This document shows, piece after piece, positions 1-12,814 of a stretch of 64,000 nt of DNA. The stretch comes from Larus michahellis (taxonomy: Eukaryota). The stretch is from assembly GCF_964199755.1 (NCBI RefSeq), contig NC_133896.1, positions 203,335,471 to 203,399,470 of the forward strand, written 5' to 3'. The translations under genes and the position numbers were made by a program. The notes below the pieces were generated by a model. It was not told the DNA's origin. It searched no databases and was given only the letters and a program-made list of their open reading frames with translations. Positions within the stretch are counted from its first letter, which is position 1. Every line of letters starts with the position of its first letter.

Positions 1-36
1 TGGGGAGGAAAAAAAAAATTTCTTTTCATTTTGAAG

Positions 37-181
37 GAAAAAACATGTGGTGTCCAGAACAAAAGATGGAAATTTTAATGGAAAGTGAAGACCATCACAT
101 TGATCCTTTATGTGTGGAAAGTGCAGATCTCTCTGAAAATCCCGGCGGAGGAAAAGATTTGTGGACTAATACAGAGGAAAG
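37..181 (+). CDS. CENPJ: Candidate CENPJ internal exon. The only open frame reads NMWCPEQKMEILMESEDHHIDPLCVESADLSENPGGGKDLWTNTEE. Its splice phase does not join directly to the next recognised exon
   Basis: Acceptor ttcttttcattttgaag|g and donor aaag|gtaattc; single open frame; same strand and upstream of the unambiguous CENPJ exons. I did not verify homology from memory. Confidence 0.4.
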
Positions 182-1767
182 GTAATTCAGGCCATTATTA
201 TGCACTATTTATCAAATAGATAATATGAATTTTGTTGAATTCTGAGTCGTCATTGAAAGAGTCTGCTATTCTTAATTCGTGTAGCTTTCTCAATCAAGGA
301 TTCCATATTGCTAGGTACTGTGGAGACCTGCAGTAAGAGAGGCTCTGGCCTGAAATTGCTTATGCTGTTAAAGATGGGGTGTTGTGTATTGGCTGAAGAG
401 GTGTGTGCAGCCTGGAGTAATGGTAGTTTAAAAGCACGTTTTAGGATAGGTTTAGTATATAAGCAGTTATAATTACTGTTCCCAATTTGCTTTATTACAA
501 CCTCCTATCCACTGTTATGTGGCAAAAGTAGTAATGTGGAGTGAAAGGCTGTGACTTTCCAGTTTATTACCAGGAGTTACGTTTGTTCAAAAATCGGTTT
601 ATGGCTAAGAAGGAATAATAGTACTTGTTGCAGAAGCCTTCTCATGTATGGTAAAAGTTTTGTTTATGGTGTTGGTAAAAGAAAAGTAGTGGTTGGCATT
701 GTTTTAAAGCTCTGCCTTGTCTGCCAGCTCATCACAAAAGCAAGAAATACCTGTTCCAGGCTGTGGTGGGTTGAGCCCAGCCAGCTCCTAAACACCCACC
801 CAGTCGCTTTCTCACTTTGTCCCCCAGAGCAGAACAGGAGAGGGTATCAGGGGAGCAAACTCAACAGACTTGTGGGTTGAGATAGGAGGAAGGTGGGGGG
901 GGTGGGGGGAAACACTAAGTGATGCGAAGGCTGTCACTCTCCACCTCTCACAAGCAGACTGATGCCCACTCGGTTTCTGAGCAGCAGAAACTGAGCTACT
1001 TTTGGAAGACCAAGCCCCCAGTTTTTACTGCTGAATGTGATGTTATATGGCATGGAATATCCTTATGGTCAATTCACATCAGCTCTTCTGACTGTGTCCC
1101 CTCTCAGCCTCTTGCCCACTCCCAGTGTAACTTGCTGGGGGTGGGGGAGCAGCACGAAAAATGAAACACAGCCTTGGTGCTGTGGAGGCAGTGTTCTGTA
1201 ATAGCTGAAACATTGGTGTCATATCAACGCTGTTGTAGTCACAAATCCAAAACTCTGCACCATATGGGCTGCTATGAGGAAAGCTTGCTCCTTCCCAGCC
1301 AGACCCAGCAGGGGGCTGTGAAGGAGGATGAGTATCAATGAGAGAGATAAGGAACACGATCTCGGTATCATTACTGAGTAGGAAGGTGATACTGTAGTAT
1401 CATACTGCAGTATGACTAAAATATGAGTGAAAGTTTGGTGTTCTGGGTAGAAGAAAGGGTCATTGAGAAAAGCAGTGAAAGAAGAAACAGCAAAACCTGC
1501 ATGCAGTATCTTTTAGATATGAATATTAACTATAGCAGGGATTTGATAAACCGTTTCTCAAAAGATAAACAGCTAATGTTTTAATGCATTTCTCAGATTA
1601 ACTGACATTTAAGTACGAAAGTACCTCATAATTTGTCATCTTTTGTGTAATTACACCTTACGTCTTTGAATAGCAGTGACGTTAAATACAGTTATTTTAT
1701 ATAGAAATGTAAGACTTGATTTTTTTTTTAAAAAAATTACACTAGACCTATTAAAGCTGCAATTCAG

Positions 1768-1851
1768 GAGAAGAAACAGACATTTGAAGAATACCTGGAA
1801 GAACAGATACAACTGGAAGAGCAGCGTCTGGAGCAAAACCAGAAGTTACAG
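1768..1851 (+). CDS. CENPJ: CENPJ coiled-coil exon (…[28 protein letters not shown]). An alternative acceptor at 1757 is possible
   Basis: Heptad-like charged frame, donor cag|gttatt. It ends in phase 0 and joins in frame to the exon at 2147. Confidence 0.55.
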
Positions 1852-2146
1852 GTTATTTATTTATTTTCTAAGCTTTATTATTCTTTATATATTGTGCAAA
1901 GATGTGCTTTAAAAATGTACAAGGAAGATTCTAGCATTAAAAGCTAACATTGAATGCAATAGTGACATTCTTAAAAATAAAACAATAATCCCCTAGTATT
2001 TCAGTTGTTTAAGATGTCTTTAGAAATCCCATAGAAATGTACTATAAAAAATCCTATTCCTGTGTGGGGTTTATTTGGAGAAATCTTCGAACTGTGTAAG
2101 GGGCTCTTTAACTTTTTGCATTTTGCTTTTCCTTACCCCTTTTCAG

Positions 2147-3770
2147 GAGACAAATGGATCAGCCATTCAAAAACCAGTGATCAAACGACCTTTCCTGAAA
2201 AGAGGTGAAGGCTTAACAAGATTCACTAATGCCAAATCTAAAATCACAAAACTTGGAGAAAACACCCCAAAACTTCAACAAAGGTCTTCAGATGACAGAA
2301 ATGTTATTAAAGTGGACAGACCACAAATGCAGAAGAAAACTATGCCTCCTGGCAAAGAACTGGTTTCTGAGAAGCCTTTTGCACAATGTAAAAAATACAA
2401 CCACCCTGATAAAGCAAAACATCACCCTATCCAGAAGACCCTGGTATTCAGGAATCACAATGGAAAAAACATCTCGCTATTAGAAACAACAATGCAAACA
2501 GGAAAAAATCATGATGGACAGATGAGAGATTCCTTCCCATTAGAAATTAACAACAAAATAGAAAACAAAGAGAATGTAGAAGAATTTGTTAAGTCTAACA
2601 CTGGAAAAATTGGAAACAAATTACCTGGCACAGAAAAGCCTTGGTTATCTCCCGAGCTGGCCAGTGCCTTTTCTAATTCTCAGTGTCCTATAGGTCACCC
2701 TGCAAAAGATCCAGAACTGTCTTTTGAAGTTTCGTTTCAGAATAAGCTGGAAAACTGGGAAAAAGAAAAAGAAAAAGAGAATCTAGAATTAGACGAATTC
2801 TTGTTTCTAGAACAAGCTGCAGATGAAATATCTTTCTCAAGTAATTCCTCATTTGTGCAAAGGATCTTAGATCAAGATCAGCAAACTTTAAAAGGCCGTA
2901 GAATGTCTTCTACCCCTATCAAGGCAAAACAGCAGCAAGTAAAGGTGCTGGCTGTTGAACTTATAAATAGGAAAAATATAAAGGCAGACTGTATGACACA
3001 GGGAAATACAAATGATAGAGCTGTTAGGCACACAGCCTCAAACTCAGGAACAGCTTTTAGAATGAAGGATTCATTGAATAAAATGGACAGTGTGATATTT
3101 TCAGCTTCTTCCGTGACAGCAGCTCCTGCTTTAAAAAGTAATCAATGGATTGTAAATGAAGATAAGAGTGAGGACGATGATGATACTACTACAGATTCTG
3201 AGAGTGAATTTGAGACCACATTAAAGCATGAAAATGAAGGTGTTAAGGCATCCTTTATGAGCCGTAGAGAAAGTGATCCAGAATTTTTTGATTATGGATG
3301 TTCTGTTAAAGACGTCAGCAAAGAAAGCAAAAATGGAGATGCTGACCTTGGCTTGTCAGACAAAGATTGCAGTGCACTGTCAAAGCAAAAGATGAGAAAA
3401 GCTTCAGACCATCAGAGAAGCATGTCTTGTATAAGTAGGAGTAAGTTTGAGTTTGATGATGAAAGAACATGGAGTGATCTTGATGAAAATTATGTTAACG
3501 GTGATTTACCTGAAAAATATACTAAAATACCTTTACAGATGGACTTGTCCAGTAAGAACGATACAACTGTCCCAGATAAAGCAATGAAGAGAAAAGTTGC
3601 CTCAAAGAGGGGAGATGAAATGTCCAAAGAGTCTGCAGTGGACAGTGACTCAAACGGACCTCCTGTATCAAACCTGATGATGAAACTGTTTCCTTCACTG
3701 AAACCAAAACAGAAGGCAGGCTGTCATTCAGAGCGCGAAACCAAATCAAATGTGGAACAGGAGCCAGCAG
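2147..3770 (+). CDS. CENPJ: CENPJ large central exon, the ~1.6-kb low-complexity basic/acidic region ETNGSAIQKPVIKRPFLKRGEG…VEQEPAG. An alternative in-frame donor lies at 3788
   Basis: Polypyrimidine acceptor ccttaccccttttcag|gag. The frame stays open for about 540 codons. Donors cag|gtgaaa (3770) and ctg|gtagga (3788) are both phase 1 and both join to the exon at 5212. The large-exon architecture matches the known CENPJ gene structure. Confidence 0.8.
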
Positions 3771-5211
3771 GTGAAAAAACAGCAACTGGTAGGAAATGTT
3801 GAAGACGACATCTATTACAAGTCTTCTCTTCTAACCCTTAAGCTGTAACCTGACATTACACTAAAGGGTGCTGCAGGGAATGGCCCTGTTCTTGCCTTTC
3901 ATCTCCTCTCCTGGTTGCATGTCTCGTGTCAGATCTAAAAACTTTGCATCTCGCAGAATGAGTACAATGGGTGAAAACTACTTTTTTGGTTTAATTTTTT
4001 TTTTTCTTGGAGGCTAGTTTTCTATCAGACCAGCTCGTTGCACCAACTTGATCTGGATCTGCTTGATCACTGTTTCCAAATCAAGGAAAGTGTCAAAGGC
4101 ATGCCAAAAAAGAAGTGGTACCTCCCTTTTCCAGTGACAGTGTGCATTTACACCACAGTAGGGTAATGCTATGCCCTGGTAGGTTAGCTTGTTCCTCTTA
4201 GAAAGTATGAGGAGGCAGCAGCCCTGTTCATGTTTTCTGACAGTAGTATAATATCCAGAGAATTCATCTGGAATATGGAAACGTGGATTCATTTTTCTGC
4301 TTTGCCCAGGTTGATTCCAACCATATACTTATAGTCTGGGGAAGAACTGCCTCTAAAAACTCCTGTTGAAGCTGTTGCATTTATGTGGGATCATTAAAAA
4401 TGCAGTTGTTCAGTGAAAGCATGGTGGCATAGCCTAGCATTTAAATCTCTTCTCTGTAGAGAAGGTGGTGAGAGCTTGGTTTCAAGCTCTGCTCCAATGA
4501 ACAGGATCTAGGTTTTTATGAGAAGTTCTTATGAAAGCTGCTATTTCTGCCTATTGTCGTGTGGAGAATTGACTTTGTAGGGTTGCCTGAAGGTGCCTGC
4601 TAGATGTTGTTTGCAGGAAGAGGGGTAGGGTTTTTTTTTTTTTACTGAATCTCAGAGCATTTAAGGGTGAATGAGGCAGCTACCTACATCAGTATTTAGG
4701 CTCTTCTCTTGCATACTCAGAAGCAGACTATTAAAACCCTTTAAGTGGTGGCTGAACAGGAAACTTGGAGGGAGAAAAAACCCACAAATCCTATTATTGG
4801 CCTCTGCAATAGATTTCGCATCAGTGATGGATGTGAACAGACTTAGTTGTGAATAAAACTTGGAAAAACTTCAACCATAAACTTCTCTGTTTGATGCTTG
4901 GCCCTTGTACCTTCATTTAATTTCTCTAGCCTGACATGAAGCCCTTCACATTAGAATTCCTAATATATATTTAGTTCTACAAAGATGATGGATATACTCA
5001 ATATTTGAGGTACTTGAGTAAATAGTGCAGAGTGCTTTAAAATGTCACTTGTGTTATTTGAATAGTAGAGTTTTTTTTTTTTGCAATACTACTACTATCT
5101 CTAAAATAGTATCACTTGATTTTTATTTTTTTTTAACTGGTTTGTGATAATTGGTTACTTCAGTCTTACGGATGCTGCTTAGATAACTTGTCCATGGCTG
5201 TTCTTTGACAG

Positions 5212-5344
5212 GAAACACTGTTCCATCCCAGGTGCTGAGAGATACACTCACCGAATTGGAAACTGAAATAGCGAGATTCAGAGCTGAAAACACAACTCTA
5301 ACTAAACTCCGTGAAGAAAGAGAGCATGCCTTGGCAAATATCAG
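5212..5344 (+). CDS. CENPJ: CENPJ exon (GNTVPSQVLRDTLTELETEIARFRAENTTLTKLREEREHALANI)
   Basis: Acceptor ttctttgacag|g and donor atcag|gtaattt. It closely matches my recollection of the human CPAP coiled-coil segment (…ELETEIEKFKAEN…LRIERE…). Confidence 0.8.
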
Positions 5345-6177
5345 GTAATTTTTAATTGAAACGTTTTCGTGCATTAACTCGCATGGTATGTTCCAGACTA
5401 TCATAATGTCCCGTTACCAACAGCAGAGGCAAAGTGCTGTGTTTCAGTTACAGTGGAGACACAGGTTAAGAAACTGGTTGTTGCTCTAGGTGTATACCAA
5501 ACTGTAATTATTACTCACAAACTATAATATTAAGAACCCCTGCTAATTTAATGTGATGCCCTTAAAGGCTATACATGGGAGAATTTGTGTATTTTTGTTC
5601 TGAGTGATAACGCAGTCCTAAATTGGTCTTGCAAAACTGATCTTCGTGCCAATGATTGATGCTCTTCTTTTGGATTGGAAAATATTTTCAGTTGAACTGC
5701 AGGACTTATAAACGACATATAGAGCAGAATAATTATACCTGTTGACGTAAATGTGGCACACCTATTCCTACCAAAGTCACTTCTGTTTTGTTTGGAAACA
5801 GCTTTGTGTTGTTGGCTAATACTTCATTTGTGACCTCCTGCTGTTAGCAGATTCTTTTTCCCTGGTAATTTTGGGGGAATGAATGGTGTTCTACTGCTTT
5901 GAAGAGTGTTGGAAGATCTTAGCCAAAGCTTTATTAAATTCAGGATAACTTTTGTGACTAGAAGATATGAAAATAGAAATTGTTGGACTTCAGACACTAG
6001 CTGTGTGACAATTTACTCCTTAAATAAGGAGTATCATTTATAGGTAAGTCTTCCTGGGGGTAACAGGTGCTGGATTGGAATCAATGACCACAAAATTCAG
6101 ATTCTTCATTTTCTTCCTTAAAATCTAGACTTGAACTAGTTTTGGGCTAAAACAACAATTTTGTTTCATAATTATAG

Positions 6178-6343
6178 GAAAGAAATTGCAGACTTTCAAC
6201 AGCAGAAAGCCCAAGAACTGGCTGAAATAGAAGAATATAAAAAAAGGGAAATAAAAAAACTGCAAAAGGAGCGTAAAGTTTTTGAAAAATATACCACAGA
6301 AGTTAGAGCAATTCCAGATAAAAAAGAACGTGATGAAATTCAG
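6178..6343 (+). CDS. CENPJ: CENPJ exon ([56 protein letters not shown])
   Basis: Acceptor ataattatag|g and donor ttcag|gtataa. It matches my recollection of human CPAP (KEIADFEQQKAKEL…[17 protein letters not shown]…DKKEREEIQ). Confidence 0.85.
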
Positions 6344-7382
6344 GTATAAAAATTATGTTATTCTTGTAGTCCACACAGGAACACTTAAAATCGTTTAAAG
6401 GCAGTCAGTTAAATTCTAACTTAATTGAAAGGTTGCAAGTGATTTTAAGATGGGAACAGTTACTAGATATGGCCTAATCGAGGAAGGAACTGCAGCCTTC
6501 ACAATGTTGTTTGATGGCTTTAAGGCAAAACTCCCTGATGAGCAAATCTGTTTGCCACGTTTCCAAACTAAAAACTGCCCATGACTATGGTAGAACAATC
6601 TTCAATTTTGACAAAAAATTTCTGTAGTTAATCCTATGTCGTAAATTTTCATTTGTGGTAGCGGATCAAAGCACAAACTGGAACTGTATTTGAGTTTTAG
6701 TCTGTCTATAACTGCTGTACAGTAAACGTAGTAATCTTCTACAATTTTCAAAGTTACATTTTGTTATTACTTGTAGGTCTTTGGGTATCGGAGATGTAAG
6801 AAACAAGATTTGTTTGTTTCTTCAGTGTCAGGATGTGTGGTACATGAGGTGTACAGACAAGTTGTATTAAACATCACACATGGATTTCCTTCCTCCTTCC
6901 CTACAAATTTTCCTAACGTAACTTCAACAGATTGAAGTAACATTTGCTAAACTGCGGAGGCAGATTCATGTGTATTTTATGTCACTGTGTCCTCCCTATT
7001 TTCCTGTCCCAAGATTTTTGAAGGGTTCTCTCATGGGCAGCCTTAAAGATTTCATGTTTCTGTCTCAAGTGTATTTGTACTGGCCAATCTACAAAGTGTC
7101 AAGGATACCAAGAGGGCAATAAAGACACTTCCTATGATCGAAGCAGAGCTTTTAAAGTTGGTAAAGTAAACAATATCTCTTTAGGGAAGAAAACTTCTCC
7201 TACCTCTCACTCTCTGCCCCATTAAGCTGATCTTATTTTTTTTGCCACTCTGATGCTTTTTTTTGTGTGCTAGTATTTCTATTAGAACATTAAAATCTTT
7301 TAAATTAAACATTAATTTAACATTAAAATCTTTTAATTTTTCAATGAAAGCTCTGTAATTTATAAACATGCATTTTTCTAAG

Positions 7383-7622
7383 GCTTTAAAACAGCAGATT
7401 GCAGAGCTACAGGAGGATTTAAAACGAAAAGAGGCAAAATGGTCAACCACCCATCGACGCCTGAAAGATCAAATAGAAGCTTTAGTAAATGAGAATATGG
7501 AGCTAAAAGAGGAAGTCAAAATTATGGAGAGGTTTCGTCTAGAAGCCTGGAAGAAAGTAGAAGCTGCTGAAAACAAGAGGAAAGTAGAAAATTCTGGGAT
7601 GACTCTAAAAAGAGCAGAATCT
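7383..7622 (+). CDS. CENPJ: CENPJ exon ([58 protein letters not shown]…)
   Basis: Acceptor catttttctaag|g and donor tct|gtaagt. It is 80 codons in phase 0 and closely matches my recollection of human CPAP (…[26 protein letters not shown]…[21 protein letters not shown]). Confidence 0.85.
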
Positions 7623-8237
7623 GTAAGTTATTAATCTTGGTGTTTTAAACTAATCTGTGTGAATACTCTTGAGTTTCGGACCATAAATTTGGAATCTAAT
7701 GGCTACAACCTAGATGTTTACTTTTAACTTGCTGATCTTGGGACTCCAGTAGTAGTGACAGACACAGAATTTTGTTAATGTCACATTCTCTCCAAATGTG
7801 AATGTTCCCAATATGCAGTATCCATTCTGTTGAGGAACTCGTCTTTGAAATACAAAATGATACAATTATAAGAGAAAAATCATAGATTGGATCTAACCTG
7901 TGAACCTCTGCACCTTAAGGATCAGCCAGGCAAACCGGGCAGTTCACCATTATCTAAAGCAGCTGTATTTCATTTTGAAACTGTAACTATTATTCTGCAT
8001 TGCTTGCACAAAATTAACATTCTGCAGTGGTTGGTAGCGAGGCAGCAGACAGAGTTCCAAAGTACAGCTTGGGCTACTTCACACAAGCCCTTCTGATGAC
8101 TAAATCTCAAAAATGTATAGTCTGTGCAGAGAGCTTCCAGTAAATTTTCATGTCACATGGTGTATACGTTTTTTGCTGCTGTATGAACGGTTATGATTAA
8201 ATGTCACATAAACCACAAATAACTTCCTTTCTTTTAG

Positions 8238-8337
8238 TGCCTACCAAATAGAGGCCCAAAAAGTCAAATCGCATCTCTGCTTCCTCCAGTACAGAAGTGC
8301 AGCAAGATCGATGGCAAAAGTTATTCCCAAACAAAAG
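8238..8337 (+). CDS. CENPJ: CENPJ exon (CLPNRGPKSQIASLLPPVQKCSKIDGKSYSQTK)
   Basis: Acceptor ttcctttcttttag|t and donor aaaag|gtataa. It is phase-compatible with both neighbouring exons and resembles the human LPMQGNPPRRSKSAPP segment. Confidence 0.6.
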
Positions 8338-9296
8338 GTATAAATGTCTGTCTAATCAGAGAATTCTGTTAACTCTTTTTAAAAGAAAATTTTCTTTAAA
8401 AGAAAAATGTGGATTTTTGCTTTTATTAGAAAGAGCGTGTCACCACCTCAAAAGTAGGTGGAGAATAGGTTGTAATGGACTCACTGAGCGTATGGATAAA
8501 TACCTCGGAGGGTAAGATTCTGGCCACAGCTGTGATGAGACCATTCCGGTCACGTTTGGTGCTCTGGAGCACACCAGAAGCTGCATCATAATCCCAAATG
8601 GCTTTCATCGTTGACGTTCTTCAAGCCATGGATGTTGATTAGATGACTATGTTGATAGCATTGGAACTACTGTGTCTCTTCATAACCTTCTTAGCAGGAC
8701 CTGTACTCGTACGGTCAATGCTGTAGCGGGTGTTCCTTGCTCACAGTTAGGAGCAAAGGCTGTCGGCAGATACATGCCTTCCTAATGCATGATCGCATAC
8801 GGAAAGTAACGGCAGGGTACTTTTTTGACACCCCTGACAGCTCAAACAACCGTTACGTTATCTGTTAGAGGAGTATGTTCCAGAATTGAAGCCCTTGCTG
8901 GTTTTATTTTGGTAATCTCTGTGGTGTGCTAGGAGAGACATGGAAAAAGTCTGCCCGTCAGTTCCTGTTAAAAGGTTACATTTAGCCTTCCTTCCTTTAT
9001 TATAAAGGCATAACTAATAATGTTGTCTAGATCTCTAGGGGTGGGGAAAAAATCCTTTGTGAATCTTCAGAAATGAAACAAGAAAGTGCAAGTATTATAC
9101 CTATTGCAGTGATTCTTCAATGATATACCTGAGGGAGCTGGCTTATGCTGATTGTTTTCATAAATGTGCTGCTTTCAGTTTCTACTGCACTGAAATGTAG
9201 GTATCCTATACAACTTGACCTCCTATGTAATTATAACACTTAAACTGTACTTTAATTTTACTGTCCAAATTAACTTTATTACATATATCTGAGCAG

Positions 9297-9391
9297 GAAA
9301 GCTTTCTAGAACACCTGCATCAGGACCTGCTAGTGATGGAAGCAACTCTGAGACAATGACGGCACTAGAAGAATCTTCTAAGACTTTTATG
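9297..9391 (+). CDS. CENPJ: CENPJ exon (GKLSRTPASGPASDGSNSETMTALEESSKTFM)
   Basis: Acceptor atatctgagcag|g and donor ttatg|gtagtaagt. It is phase-compatible with both neighbouring exons. Confidence 0.55.
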
Positions 9392-10120
9392 GTAGTAAGT
9401 ACTGGATCCTGATTTGATTTTTAAGGAGGGAGGGGAAACCCAAAATAAAACAATAGTTACTTACACTTAAATGACTATCTGGAGGGTGACTGGTGAAGCT
9501 GTTGACTCAACCGCTATTGCTCTTCAACTGCAATTTTGTTGTCGTACCAGCAAATGGCTATGTAGTAGCCAATGCAGAATGTTTTACCCGTGCCTAGTAG
9601 TTGCAATGTTCTTTGGCTGAGGAAAGAAAATCATCATCTCCTGTTCCCTTGAATTTTGGGAAATGTTTTACGCTTTTGAGGGAGGGGAAAAAGATGGATG
9701 TTTATATGCTCCATGTAGGGAAACCGTGCAGGCATCTTGTAAACAGTTGGATTAATTCTCAGATTAATTGCTGTAGGTAGCATTCAGGTTTTATGAAACT
9801 TCATCAATCATTTAATACCTTGATATGGATGACTTAAGGCGCAGTTGAGCACCATGCTACAACATACTACTAAATTCCACTTTAGTCCATACTACAGCTG
9901 ACTACGGACAATGAACTACTACCAAGTCTCAGTCTGTCTTACCACTTGAGTTACACCTAGGATTTAAATAAACCCCAGATTGTGTTTATGCCTTCCTATA
10001 CTCATCTTCCTCCCCTGATGCTCCTCGTTTCCTAAAATACCCGTCAGCCTAGACAAAAACCACATGTATAAAACCAAAGCTTTATTTCAGTTTATGCTTA
10101 GATTATTGTTGTCATTTCAG

Positions 10121-10219
10121 GACACCTCTCCTCATGAAGCTCATGTGTCACTACCGTCTGGACCTGCATCTACAGACAGTGAAGAGATACAGAGAGAAAC
10201 TGCTTATCCTGATGGAAAG
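10121..10219 (+). CDS. CENPJ: CENPJ exon leading into the G-box (DTSPHEAHVSLPSGPASTDSEEIQRETAYPDGK)
   Basis: Acceptor ttgtcatttcag|g and donor ggaaag|gtaaaa. It ends with YPDGK, which continues into VEKV… in the next exon, as in human CPAP (HPDGKVEKV). Confidence 0.8.
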
Positions 10220-10326
10220 GTAAAATGAGAGCTTGGCACTCTGTAATTCCACAAGGCAGCTGTTGTGAAAGAGGAATGGGTATGTGAGTGTATTGGTTCA
10301 ATGCTGACCTCGAATGTATTCATTAG

Positions 10327-10467
10327 GTTGAAAAAGTTTTGAAAAATGGCTGTCACCTCATATTTTTTCCCAATGGGACATGGAAAAAAGTGGGTTCTGA
10401 TGGGAAGACCATAACTATAACCTTCTTCAATGGAGATGTGAAGCAGGTTATGCCTGATCAAACAGTG
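10327..10467 (+). CDS. CENPJ: CENPJ TCP10/G-box exon ([47 protein letters not shown])
   Basis: Near-identical to the human CPAP G-box ([47 protein letters not shown]). Acceptor cattag|g and donor acagtg|gtatgt. Confidence 0.92.
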
Positions 10468-10579
10468 GTATGTATCCTACACCTTCTGTGCTTTTCTACA
10501 ACAACTTATTTATGTGCATGTGTGTACATACACATAAGATTTATCACTAGTTATGATAACTCCAAACTATTTTCTGCAG

Positions 10580-10664
10580 ATTTATTATTATGCTGATGCT
10601 AAGACTACACATACTACATACTCTGATGGCTTAGAGGTCTTGCAATTTTCAAACGGACAAATAG
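10580..10664 (+). CDS. CENPJ: CENPJ G-box exon ([28 protein letters not shown])
   Basis: Matches human [28 protein letters not shown]. Acceptor tttctgcag|a and donor aaatag|gtaaag. Confidence 0.92.
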
Positions 10665-10763
10665 GTAAAGAAATCATCCAACTCGACCAACCCTCAAAAT
10701 TGCTGCCCATATATATATACCTGCATTTATGTAATAAGCATATTGTCTCAAAATACATTTCAG

Positions 10764-10884
10764 AGAAGCATTATCCTGATGGCAAGAAAGAAATTACCTT
10801 CCCTGATCAAACTATTAAAAATTTATTTACGGATGGGCAAGAAGAAAGTATCTTTCCAGATGGTACTATTGTTCGTGTTCAGCG
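10764..10884 (+). CDS. CENPJ: CENPJ G-box exon ([41 protein letters not shown])
   Basis: Matches human [41 protein letters not shown]. Acceptor catttcag|a and donor agcg|gtaagc. Confidence 0.92.
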
Positions 10885-11507
10885 GTAAGCTTTCTCTTTT
10901 CGGGTACCCTTGCCTGTTGCTGGGGAAAGCAGCAGTTAGGGCTCACTGACAGGCAGTATGTGGGCACAGATTTGTTTCTAAAGTTTGCATTTGAATGTAC
11001 TGCAACCGTGTATTTACTGTTTGAAATTTTATTTGTTTACATCTTCTCCAAGCTACAAAAAGACTGAATGCCTGTGTGTGTCTTCTCATACCCTAACCTG
11101 ACTTTTCCGATTTGTGCGTAATTCTAGAGAACGTGTGAGAACCTAGCTGGGGTGGCAAGCAGGTCAGTCTGACTGAGAGTGCTCAAAACATTAGGTTTTA
11201 AACGTTTTGTGGATTGGTGCTGCAATAGATTTAGCGCAGAGAAAGGGCAGCAGAGGCTCTCAAGTATAAAGAAGTCATGTCAGTTCTGCAGAAACGGGTT
11301 TTTGAGTACCAACCAGCTGGGATGGTATTTAACAAAACGGGCTTTTCACAAACACTGTATTTTTTTTTTTTTAGTTCTTCCTTCATTTAGGCTTGCATAT
11401 TTAATGTTTGTTCTGAGATTAAGCTTAAGCCTATGTCTAGTCCTTAGAGGGTCGTGGTTGTTTGTTTTTTTTTTTTTTAAATACTTACATGCATTTATTT
11501 AATGCAG

Positions 11508-11700
11508 AGATGGAAGCAAAACTATAGAGTTCAATAATGGCCAGAGAGAACTACACACACCACAGTTCAAGAGACGGGAGTATCCAGATGGTACTGTCAA
11601 GACTGTGTACGTGAATGGACAGCAGGAAACAAAGTATGTCTCTGGGAGAGTAAGAGTGAAGGACAAGGATGGTAATATTATCATGGACACTAAGTTGTAG
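11508..11700 (+). CDS. CENPJ: CENPJ terminal coding exon (…[63 protein letters not shown]), with TAG stop at 11698-11700
   Basis: Matches the human CPAP C-terminus ([63 protein letters not shown]). Acceptor ttatttaatgcag|a. Confidence 0.92.
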
Positions 11701-11817
11701 GTAATGTCCAAACTGTTGGGAGTGTTGGCATATCAGCAAAAATAATGTACATTCCTGTAAACAAGAAGTGAAACCCCTTTGTGCTTGTCGTGTATATATT
11801 GTTTATAGTTCTCCTGA

Positions 11818-11823
11818 AATAAA
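11818..11823 (+). other. CENPJ: AATAAA polyadenylation signal, about 120 nt downstream of the CENPJ stop. It is the likely CENPJ 3' end
   Basis: Canonical hexamer in an AT-rich context after the stop codon (…ctcctgaaataaatttatttttcag). Confidence 0.5.
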
Positions 11824-12814
11824 TTTATTTTTCAGTGGATATATTATATCTGAGCTGCTTCTATTTTTTTTCCCATTTCTACTCTTAAGCAACAGTTTTT
11901 TACTGAGTCAATATTCTGTTCCTGTGTGATTTAAAAAGGATGTTTTTTTAAACCAGCTATCTATTACCTTATTTTAGACATCTAAGAGAAGATTCCTTAA
12001 TCCAAGGTAAAAAGTGCTGTTGGAACCCCTGCTGTGGTGAAATCATGAGTCTGTGCATTGGTTAACTTATTGCTTGACTTCAAAGTGTAAATGAATGGCA
12101 GCTTTCCTTTTCAGTTAGCCTTAGGCTGTTCTTCTTTCTTCATAATCTTATTTCTTCTTCATCTCACCCTTAGAAGGCAATAGCATTAGCAGATCCCAAA
12201 CTCTGTTCTGTAAACTGCTCATCCATCTCCCTAAGGCCAGGAGAGGTGAGAGTGGGGGATGGGTTACTCAGGCATGTGGGAGGAAACACTAGAAATCAAC
12301 AAAGGTCATCTCATCCCATTCTTCCACTTAACAGGCATTTTTAAGTTGACTTGTCTCTTAAAATCCTATAGTACCTACAAGCAAAGTGGTACCGCTAGAG
12401 TGTCTGCTCTAACTCTCCATTCTAGCAGCTGCTGAAAAATTGTATTCTCTTGCAGAGCTGAAGATACTCACTTTCTTCCCTTGTCCCCTCTGCCCCCCTG
12501 CCCTTCTCTGCAGTTACTGTGCCTGTGCTTTTTTTACTCAAGGTGTAAATCAGCTTGCTCACTCACAACTAGAAGTTAAGTAATTTGGAGCTAAATCCCT
12601 TTCAAGATGGTTGATGAACAACTTTGGAATGTGTTTCTTTCCTTATTTTAATTAAAAAGATGAGCATGTAACAGCTCTATAAGGTATCTGTAACAGTATA
12701 TAAAGCTCTCCTTGCAGCATGCCTGAGAAACACTACTGAGACATTTTGTACACTTGCTTTCATGTGATCTTGAGGGCAGAGACATGCATAAGGGTACATG
12801 TGTATGTGCATAAA

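Noticed and set aside
551-1357. ORFs 551-880, 919-1164 (plus strand) and 1079-1357 (minus strand) in the first CENPJ intron
   Set aside because: They start at GTG/TTG as called by the track and are low-complexity with no splice signals. I considered them as the missing small CENPJ exon but none fits the required phases.
2229-2483. 84-aa plus-strand ORF overlapping the CENPJ large exon
   Set aside because: It is in an alternative frame of a known coding exon, starts at a non-ATG start as called by the track, and has no coding character.
10339-10888. Overlapping plus-strand ORFs 10339-10596, 10553-10888 and 10743-10949
   Set aside because: They are artefacts of three short CENPJ G-box exons with their intronic read-through. 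The true structure is the spliced exons 10327-10467, 10580-10664 and 10764-10884.
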